A stretch of 33,000 nucleotides of DNA from Laetmonice hystrix. Its lineage: Eukaryota. Location of the stretch: the NCBI GenBank assembly GCA_965235115.1, contig OZ249451.1:8184001-8217000 (forward strand), read 5' to 3'. A model generated the notes under the pieces. That model had not been told where the DNA came from and made no database searches. It saw nothing but the letters and a program-made list of their open reading frames with translations. A program made the translations under genes and the position numbers. Within the stretch, counting starts at the first letter, position 1; every line of letters starts with the position of its first letter. Positions 23,350 through 33,000 of this stretch are shown here, in pieces.

Positions 23350-25250
23350 ACTAGTGCTCCCAGTTGGCATGGCTGACATTCCTGCTGCTTTCCAGAGGAA
23401 GCAAATGGTAAAGAGTTCCGAATTTGAGAAGATTTCGAGTGGAAACACTGCTTTTCATTAGCAGAGAGCGATTTTCGAGGAGATATCTGGCGAGATGGTG
23501 ATGTTGCACATAATTAGTCATGTCATCTGATCTGGGATGTGTTTGAAGCATTTGATTATATCGAAAAATGATGGGATTCTGTTATGAAATGGAGTGTACA
23601 AGAAGACACCAAGAGAGAAACTTTGCATCTATGCTTCTTCAGTACAGTAATATTGAAAATGTAAATGTATTTATCCATCAGACATCTACGGCGATACCGA
23701 AAGCAAGTATTTATGGTGTCGCCTAACAGCAGAACCAAAGGTCGCTCTTAGTCTCTAAAGCAAACCGGTTGGCATTCAAAGGTTTAGTTCTACATGTATG
23801 TCCGACATCGTCGTTATCAAGAACATTTTGTAACGAATATACACCACAAGCTTTGCAGCCAGCATTTACATGTGTATATCCATATTTATGCAGAGTAAAC
23901 TACATTAAATCCGGAAAGGATTTCAACATTAATGATTGTCATGCGGAGGTTTATCAAGGAATAACAGGACAACAGACAAGATAATCTGATTAAATTCTGA
24001 TTCAAAAACACAAAAAAAACATTGTCGTGTGCGTGGTAACCACCCTGCCCATGTTCCCGCCTCTCAATGTGCCTGAGCGTTGGTTGCCTTCCTCTTGACG
24101 TATTGCGTCATGAACAACTGGCTGATCACACAGCATGGGACGATGCGTACTCTCGATAGTTGAAGAGAGGACCGAGGGGGCAGAGACAGAGCTCTTTACT
24201 GTCACCTCGATAGGGACGAGACTATGCTTCTCCGTGATGAAGCACATTTTGTTTGCCTGTAGAACCGAAGGAGATTTGTTTAAAAGAGCAGGCGGTGCTT
24301 GACCACTGAGCTCGCTCTGTAAGCTCATTGGTTCGACAGCAACCTGACATTCAAAAGCTCATCGGTTTCTCACAGCAACCAGTCCGTTCTGTGCTCATCG
24401 GTTTCTCACAGCAACCAGTCCGTTCTGTGCTCATCGGTTTCTTACAGTAACCAGTCCATATAAACTCATCGGTTACTCACAGTAACCAGTCCGTATAAAC
24501 TCATCGGTTGCTCACAGCAACCAGTCCGTAAACTCATCGGTTTCTCACAGAATCCAGTCCGTAAACTCATCGGTTTCTCACAGCAACCAGTCCGTATAAG
24601 CTCATCGGTTTCTCACAGCAACCAGTCGGTAAACTCATCGGTTTCTCACAGCAACCAGTTCGTATAAACTCATCGGTTGCTCACAGCAACCAGTCGGTAA
24701 ACTCATCGGTTTCTCACAGCAACCAGTCCGTATAAACTCATCGGTTGCTCACAGCAACCAGTCCGTAAACTCATCGGTTTCTCACAGAATCCAGTCCGTA
24801 AACTCATCGGTTTCTCACAGCAACCAGTCCGTATAAGCTCACCGGTTTCTCACAGCAACCAGTCCTAGTATAACATGACAACCAGAGAAATAAATTACAA
24901 GTACAAACGCAGCAAATACTCCCACGGGGGGAGGGAGAACCTCCTATCCCCCACCCCCACAATGTTTTATTCACAAATAATCCTAATGCACCCGAAGTAC
25001 TGATTCCAGTGAAGAGTTCGATGATGACGTGTGATTGCAAGAAATGTAATTATTTGCCCAGCCATAGTTGGGGGGCGGTCGCCGGTGGTGGTTGTGATTG
25101 GGCCAATGACGGAGCACAAGAGCGCCCAGAGTGGATGAGGGTACGGCTGGGAAGACAGATCGTCACCGCTCAGGGCGGCCGACCGAACGATGAGCTGGTG
25201 GCGGGACGGGGCTATAACGCCACCACGACCATCCATCCAGTCAGACACAT
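23350..25250 (-). mobile_element. Decayed, internally deleted LINE ORF2 (AP endonuclease, RT, C-terminus) interrupted by a minisatellite
   Basis: ORF 24967-25248 DWMDGRGGV..PLWALL..GDRPP (APE motifs DR..GGGV, LW, YRPP); ORF 24002-24328 LLNKSPSVL..VKSSVSAPSVLS (cf. LL.W..SFL..V.SGVPQGSVL); ORF 23351-23551 KSSVSTR..LP (cf. K.SF.PR...WN.LP). Confidence 0.55.
24358..24865. repeat. Minisatellite, 33-36 bp x 15
   Basis: Consensus ctcatcggtttctcacagcaaccagtccgt(at)aaa; 15 units counted; no unique spacers. Confidence 0.97.
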
Positions 25251-26229
25251 TTGATCTACAACCTTTTCATGCCGGTTTTCTTAATTTTCTACAGTACCAT
25301 TATTTTGGTGGTGAGGGAAGGGGTAGAAACACAGATGACCTATGAACAGCTTTTTGTATGGTCGATTTTAGCAGCTCTTTGAGAATTCCTGGCTGGCTTC
25401 GTTTGATATGGCTCTGTCAGTTACGATCATGGAGTCTGGAGTGGAATCAGGCCCAGCCGATGACTGTGTGGTATCAGTTCACAGTACCTAGCCGGAAGCT
25501 TCCCACATTATAGGCCTCATGACTGTCCCAAATATGTGCTTCCCAGTAATTGCATTCTTCCATGGTCCCACCATAGCCCACCGCACTGGGCGTGTGTCTG
25601 TAACTCGTTAAACGTAGGCTATATGAAAGCAATCTCAGTAAAACTTTATGACGGAATTTTTTAACTCGTCTGCATGCTACATACTGGTGTCGCCAGCATG
25701 ATCAATGGCGTCCAAACTCCCGGTCTATTAATTGCATTGAAATCCTCAGGGTCTCCGGCCCCTCGTTCTTTCTTTAATCATCTTTTTTTATGGTGCAGCG
25801 GCTTTTGTGAAATGTATTGCCGAGTGGAGATAATATCACCGAAGCTTTGCGAGTCGGAGACAGTCCTGCACAGAATAATTAAATACAAGTTGAGTTGTCA
25901 TGGCATTCCTGATGATTATTTTATCAGGTTCCTTTATCTCCACTGGCTTCAGTTTTATATTATCCATATGAATTGATTAGGATTTTATCTACTTCAAGGT
26001 CTTAAATTCTCCTCTTATTTATCATATTTCAAAGGGGGAAAAACAATACAGTAGATTGCAAGCAATATTTCATGTTACTTAGACCTATACTATAGTTATA
26101 GAATAACTGGTATTTTAACAATATACTCCACCCACTGTAAGGTGTATACATTGCGAGGGTGTAATCGGATTTGGAAGGCAAGTATACACCTGCTCAATGG
26201 ACACATATCGAGAGGTTGCATGTGAAGAT

Positions 26230-26510
26230 GGGCGCGATGCCTTAATAATGACGACACCTCGACAAGCGAGAATAAATGCCGTGGGGTGATGATCTTCTAC
26301 TCAGACATATGAAAGTGATAGAGTCGGCCCTTTGGTTACAGATTGATGATGTTATATATCGCGCTAATATCACTGTTTTCGTATACGGAGGCCTTTTTGT
26401 GTACATGTGTATACATTGAGGCATGTTGGTACTGTCTGCATGGAACATTATGCTCATAAAAGATATATTAGATTTGGGAGTTGACTTCATCTTTTAGGTG
26501 AGACGCCTCC
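26230..26510 (+). mobile_element. Possible LINE AP-endonuclease fragment
   Basis: RGVMIFY, ALWLQID, LGVDF (cf. GGVAIY, LW..I, GGDFN) in order. Confidence 0.3.
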
Positions 26511-27099
26511 TACTTTAGAAGTGTCCTTTCTTGAGCCTTTTGCAAACAGTAGATGGCCTTTCCTATACTGTAGAATTTATAATAAATGTAATGTATACAT
26601 ATGTGTAGGCTACACCTGCTCGTCGAGGTGTGTCTGCATCAGTACCGTCAGTAGGAAATATATTTCAAGTCCGCCAATGTTTGCTATAGATGGCGCTATT
26701 TCGTGCAGTATAGCTAGAAGGTCAATCAAGAGTCCGAGAGATTGCTAATTTCTCTACACGTCTCGTGAACCTTGCCATAGGAATGGGGGGGGGATTATAG
26801 GCGAATGAAAAGTTTTGATTTTGTTCTCGCCCTCAATATGCCTGAAATACTGCATGCCAAAACCACGGCGGGGGACTTTAGGGTAACTACATCCGGGTGA
26901 ACAGGATTTGGCTTGTTTGCTCAAACTCCTGTAACGAAGCAGCGGCGCATGTGCACAAATAAAACCCTAGCCCGTGTGCACGTCATGCGTTGTGATATCC
27001 CAGATACCCCAGTAATGTAAAAATAGATCGAATAAACCGTACGATGTCAGCTATCAGTGGTTCCAGGGGGTAATGCCGCCGACAGGATAACATCAAAAG

Positions 27100-28210
27100 A
27101 TTCAATTACTTTCGGAATTCGGAAAGTACGATAAGCAGGTTAAATAATAAAAAAATAACACAGATCCTGGAAGGCGGTGAAGACACCCATCACAAATCAA
27201 GGTTATGCTTAACTTCCGAAGAAATCTATTTTTTTCTCTCTCTTCTTTTTTCAGGTCTGCTTTTATTGAACTTGAAACGAACCCTTGTCCCATTTGTATT
27301 GCCCAAAGTGGACCCCACGCATCGACAGAAGTAAACTGAAGACATCTACACGTAAGATTTAGTAGGTGTTTTGTTAACCTTTGTGCACCCAACCTATCAA
27401 ATGTAAAGGACGAAGTTGCAATAGTATTCTAAACTTGGTTCTGCCCGCATGTGTTTTTATGTGTTAGGGTCCGGGGATATGGCGGCCTTCGAGACACACT
27501 GGTTTATGTTCCATAATGCACTGCTGTATGAACAATTCATACAAAAAGGGAGAAAAAATGCGAGAAAATTGTGAAAGCCGTCTACCTCACGTACCGGCAA
27601 GCCTGAGACCACTAGTGACGTCCAGCCACTCTGACTACCCGACCTATAATCTATAGTCAGTCGAATAAATAAACAAGCCGGCTGAGATCAGAGATTTGCG
27701 TGTTCACCATGAGAGACGGAAAGTCTACGTGACAGACAAGGTCCACATAACGGGGTACAGGTTTGGCTCATTGCCATCATAGGCGATTGAAGTATTGCCG
27801 AGTGTAATGTCTCTAATAATATTCTTGTTTATAAAAACACTTCAAAATATACAGAGAGAATTGCTGGTTCCTCTGTAAATTTGTATTCCTTAAGAACAAC
27901 TGATCATGTGTGTCTGATAATATTCCTCCAGACTTATACGTTGTAACGAGGTATCCCATCCCCTTTGCTAAAAGTACGCACAGATGCCTATATTTTCACT
28001 GTGGCTAGCAAAATATACTGTCTGCAACGATAGCACAGCGAAGGAGGGCACCGTGGGTTAAGTAAGGTGTTATGTTGGCCAACCCGCATCCAAGCCACTG
28101 GCCCATTATATTTCCCACGGTGACCCATCAGATTCGACCTGTTTGACCCCTGCAGATGGACCCCATGGAGGGATGCCAACCGTCCGTGATGGGCCCGTGT
28201 GAGCACTTTT
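27100..28210 (-). mobile_element. Decayed EnSpm/CACTA (Mirage-like) transposase fragment
   Basis: NLMGHRGKY (ORF 27988-28206; cf. N..GHNG.Y.C) upstream of KHLLNL..WGPLWA..GFVS..LKK (ORF 27102-27392; cf. HLLLHL..GPLWA.S.F.FES..LKK). Confidence 0.5.
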
Positions 28211-29050
28211 TTGCAGCTTTCAAAAAAACAACAGCGTAAAAAGCAGAAAGGCAGAGTTTACCCTGCTGATGTTTTCTGACACGTAAATTGTTTCCAAAAT
28301 CAAGGAGGTACTCCGGAAATTGCAGTCGATTGCAAGTTAATGAGTGTGAAACACAAATTTTACCCTTTCAACATAATTTCAACTTATAAATGCATGCTCC
28401 CCAACACAAGACAGCTAACATCAGGAAGTCAAAGCCGAGTCAAAGGCGCCATACTGGAGCGAACCAAAATCAGGTTTCTTTCCTCAGATAACGCGGGAAG
28501 ACTATAAGCTGCCTGGTGCTATACGACTGTTTTGGCTATATGAAGCCAGCTCTGGCGCCGCTTAATACTTCCGGAATTGCGGATACCGACAGTTTAAAAT
28601 AGAGATACCCAGATACAAATGCTTGTTGATCTTATAATATTTGTAGAACAACCGAAATCGGTATGATGTCTTGTGGTTAAGTGCATTAGCTTGTTGAATT
28701 GGTGAGTGAAAACGGGAAAATAATATGAATAAGTTGCCAAAACAGAGTAGTGTCAACCTGTCATTACTTCTTTCATTGTAACGTAGGCTGTTCTTCCGGT
28801 CAGCCCCCTAGGCAGCAGCGAAGCGGAGAACTGCCCCAGGGGTTTGACTTGTCTAGCATGAGACCTGTTGCGATAATATGTTTGTTATTTATCCACTAGG
28901 AAGAACGAGGCGGACTCTTGATCTAAAGGGTCTGACACTCTCGGACATGCCTGCATTGGGTTTGTGTATATTGGTCTTTGGTCACATACATTAGTCATTG
29001 CATCAACCGACTGCCAGCGGATATGTCTGCACGCTTGGCGCGTATTAAGC

Positions 29051-29311
29051 AACCCACCCCCACCCCATACCTCAACCCCCCACTCCACCCCAACCCCCTA
29101 CCTCACCCCCCCCCACCCAACCCCCTACCTCACCCCCCCCCCCACCCAACCCCCTACCTCACCCCCCACCCCCAGCCCCACCCCCTACCTTAACCCCCAC
29201 CCCAACCCCCTACCTCAATTCCCACCTCCCACCCCCTACCTCAACCCTACCCCCACCCCCTACCTCAACCCCCCACCCCCACCCCCACCCCACTCCCCAC
29301 CCCCCACCCCC
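29051..29311. repeat. C-rich degenerate minisatellite (ccccctacctca(a/c)cccc.. units)
   Basis: Seen directly; accounts for the Pro-rich and Gly-rich ORFs here. Confidence 0.92.
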
Positions 29312-31619
29312 AGAGTGAAAGATGCCAGTTGGAGGCAGCCTCCACCACGCCCGGCGTGTCGTTATATATAATTCACGCATCCAACCCTCTCCATCTTTTG
29401 ACCACAGAAGTTGACCACAAATATAGGTCGTGCGACAGGAGGTGGTAGTCTGGAAATTATGGGTGAACATAAAATTTAGACATATAACATCTGCTACCTT
29501 TGAATCATGCGGTTTTACGATGTGACTTATGCATTTAAACTTCAGTGCTTCGCAGCACATCTGCCCACCCCACACAGACAAAAAAAATACGACTTTCACA
29601 CGTGAATCATTTCAAGCAGTTGCGCTCTGACCGCTGGGTTCTCGGTGAGCTCTCAGCTGCCCTGGAGGCATGACTCGATCCTCCAGCGTCGCCTGGAGGA
29701 GCGAGCGAGCGCGCGGCCCGGGGATGTTATACAAACGTGCAGGTGGGGAAGAATGCAATCGGCGCCGTCGGCGTCAGGAGGCTACTGGGGGACAGACTGA
29801 GGAGAAAGCTCCATGCTGTCAATGTAATTAGCCATGGAGGAAGGGACGCATAAATTTGGTTTTTGGGTGATTTCTATGTTCTGCTTCGACAAAACATCTA
29901 TTCACCCCATGTTTTCACCCACCTATACACAATCTTTACAATATTGTTTTCTTTAAGAAACAACTTTTGGCAATTATAATTCTAAAAGTGGGCCCTTTTC
30001 TGAAAGAGTGAGTCCGAACCCTGAGGCCATATCTGTAGGCCTGGCGATAGCTCTCTGCATGTCTCCGGGCGACTGGCTGGGATGTTTATCGAGGGAGTCT
30101 GTGTGTGGGGAGGTGTCTATTATGTCAGTCCGTCTCCGCAGACCGATGCTTCCCTTTTATAGTCATGCAGCATACGAGCAGTAATTCGTACAATATTGTA
30201 CCTGAAACGTATCGCTCCATATATAAATATCCGTAAAATGTTTCGATCTTCTGTTGAGAAGCGTTTTGTCCGCGATAGGCCCATACTGGCAGCTTTTTAA
30301 GTCAATATGAGTTTATATCCTTGTCTGGATAGTGATTCAAAATACTCCTAATACTCCTTCCTTTTTGGTTTCGTTTCCCCCCCCCCCCTTTTTTTTGGGG
30401 GGGGGGAGTACGGCTGGAAAATAATGCATCTTGCGTTGACGTCATGCAGTATGGCTTCCTATCCAACTTTCTCTACATGTTTACTCAAACCCCATCCTAC
30501 ACACAAAAATCTATATTCACCGGTACGTATAGATCGGATAGCCCAGATTGAAGGGGTGATTTCATGCTTGTGTGTGCGTGACTAACTACATGATGGTGAT
30601 TGGGGATTCACTTTGAAGTTTTTCTGGCTCTGGTCGCACGAAAAGTGAAACTTACCTGAGAGAAAGGCCGTCAAGGAGCAGGAAAACGATGGTGTAAGAG
30701 ATCCATAACATATAGCGTTATCCGACGTGGAAACATCCGCAGACATTGAGCGAAGAGCAATGGTGTTAGCATGGTAACAACAACCACAGTTGTTGATTAA
30801 AACGATGACGGTATCATTGTTGTTATCGATGTTGTTTGTATTGTTGTTGCTGTCGTATCCCAGACCACTTACCACCTGAACGTCGTCAGTTTCTGCGCTA
30901 TCATCGCACACAGTATCTGACAACTCGCCGGCAAGGCCCAAGGTTCTACGCATTGCGTATATCCAACCAAAGGGAGCTAGCATATCGATTGCTTGCTACA
31001 GCGGCCAACGGAGCAACAACTACCGTTCAACTACTCAGTGCCGGTGAAACCACAAACTTCTGGGACCATATCTCACCGGGTGCACTGCCGCCGGAGAGAA
31101 GTATAGAAGTAGGGTCAACACTTTGGAGGTAAGAGGACCATCTCCCCACAGCTTCATTGAGTAAATGTAGCGGCTTACCACTGTACAAGTAGGTCTATGC
31201 TACTGTAGCGGCAGCCTAAATGTTGAGGACTCGCTCAACGTTAACAGACGCATCTCGTTCCAAATCTACACTCCTGGCGCTTAATCCGTCAATTTGCGTC
31301 CTGTACATTCAGCCAGGTTGACGTAAATTCAAGTATCCTACTAATGCTGGTAGTTTTGTGGACGCCCATATGCTCTCCGTAACGGATCCATTAAATAACT
31401 AGCCCCACCTAAGCGTTCTTTCCGGCGTGGCTATGAAAATATATCGACGAAAAAGTCCAAAAATTGTGACGTTCATGGACGATAAGCCTTGCACGGAAAT
31501 CCTCTGACGCGGTGCGCTTTTCCACGCGCTCGGCGCTCGTTGGCTGGTCGGCTCGCGCGGCTGACAGCGCCCCCTAGATGTCAGTAACGCAACACCCGCC
31601 ATGCAAGATGCGTTCGCTG

Positions 31620-31822
31620 CTCGCCTCCCAACAAGCGGTCACTATGGCGAGCCAGGCCATCATCAGCGCTAAAGTTGAGAGCAGCCTGAACCTGGGCCGG
31701 GAGTGTGCGACAAGCACAGGTCCCGCTGCTGTAGGCCGAGCTACCAATATGGCTCGGTGTGCTGATGCTGTGCCCGTGGGTAAGGAAAACAGGTATTGTC
31801 TGCAATCATGAAACTTTTCCAC
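31620..31822 (-). pseudogene. Possible RecQ-like helicase N-terminal remnant, as carried by Academ transposons
   Basis: FHDCRQYLFSLPTGTAS..LLSTLALMM (cf. GRD.F.SLPTG.GKS..VISPL.ALM.DQ); Walker A lysine lost. Confidence 0.4.
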
Positions 31823-32438
31823 GAGATCATATCATTGTCACTATACATAGGGTGATATATATCTATATCTAGCGCAATATAATTACTGATTTATAATATT
31901 AATGTTAATATTTATCAAGGGATATTAAACAGTGCCAGTGATGGTTAACCCTGCCATAGCCATTTCAGGTCGTTTAGGACGAATATTTTGTCATCATTCA
32001 GGTTTTTAATGCGCATTGAATATTTTGACGCAGATAAGGTACAGCATTGTGTTTTCAATATACGAAAAGGGTATACAATTCAATACACATGAATCGGTGC
32101 TGGATTATTTCAATAATCCAGTTGGATTCATCCACACAGACATGGTCGCATGCAGCCTTCCACAAGGTGCGTCTGTTCCCGCGCTTTTGGGACGCGCATT
32201 TTGTACGTTCTCACGGCCTCAACAGTACGTCAGTTTGAGCGTCTGGTTTCAAATCGTGACCATTGCAGGAGTTCTGCTTCATTTTGATGAACAGCCAGTA
32301 TCAAAACCTTTGGTTCCCATTTTAATTATATTCCAAATATCCTATGCCACCATTCAGTCAGAATCAGCAGTGTATCTAATCCTATGGACACGACGTCATC
32401 ATACTGTATTTGTAAAATTTACTTATTTTATTTAAAAC

Positions 32439-32580
32439 CAGGCGCGGATCCAGGAATTTTTGCAGGGGGGGGGGCAAAAAGTCTGGGGCCCTTCCCCGAT
32501 AACATAGCAAAAACCTAAGTTGGTCCTGAGCAGGGGGGGGGGGGGTCTGGACCCCCCCCCCCTCCCTGGATCCGCGCCTG
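32439..32580. mobile_element. MITE, 142 bp, with 16-bp perfect terminal inverted repeats
   Basis: caggcgcggatccagg (32439-32454) and cctggatccgcgcctg (32565-32580); CAG..CTG ends are hAT-like; no clear TSD. Confidence 0.85.
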
Positions 32581-33000
32581 ATAACTTGCACCAGTCATCT
32601 ATGGTAAGTATATCGGTACGCTTATCTAAGAGTTGTTATGACCAATGAGGTCAAAATGCTAACGGTAGTGCGAGTCTGATGCTTTCCGGCTTCGCTGATT
32701 GGTTGAAAATAGAGAAGCCAACCTTAAGATGAAAACACCGTTTCGGGAATGACTGTAGAGTCAACAGTCTCTCTATGCACACAGGAAGCCACTAATGAGG
32801 TCACCGCCCGTTTGTCGCCCTCATCCCCAATTCCAGTTAATAACTCCAATATAATAAAGGATCAGCCGAATCAAAGATAGATTTACCAATGCGAATATGG
32901 TAGGCCTACCGCTGTTACCTTATGCTTGCCTTCTCGCCTGTATTGTATGTTTATTAAACTTCGTTGTGTGTGTGAAACATCAGAAAATCTGTAGCTGAGG

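Noticed and set aside
24358-24865. CRISPR array (33-36 bp palindromic repeats)
   Set aside because: Units are contiguous with no unique spacers, no cas genes, eukaryotic context.
25400-25620. Possible LINE ORF1 zinc-knuckle remnant on the minus strand
   Set aside because: Too few Cys/His positions preserved to support it.
28964-29599. Proline-rich (extensin-like) ORFs; similar case at 17197-17652
   Set aside because: Translation of C-rich simple repeats.

Overview
Eukaryotic non-genic DNA, probably from an invertebrate animal. No intact host gene can be supported and nearly all ORF-track entries are noise or fragments of decayed elements. Two features stand out. (1) At ~420-6050 on the minus strand is a heavily decayed endogenous rhabdovirus-like (Mononegavirales) L polymerase gene. 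Motif remnants run in order from the N-terminus through RdRp, capping domain, connector and methyltransferase, and the RdRp core appears twice as two diverged segments. (2) At 8242-13771 is a Ngaro/PAT-type tyrosine-recombinase retrotransposon with split direct repeats (A1...B1-A2...B2) that are identical pairwise, while its gag/RT/RNaseH/YR coding region is destroyed, implying a recently moved non-autonomous element. The rest holds decayed Penelope, Gypsy, LINE, EnSpm-like and RecQ-like remnants, minisatellites and a small MITE. All protein similarities were found by manual translation against motifs recalled from memory, not by database search, so remnant boundaries are approximate.
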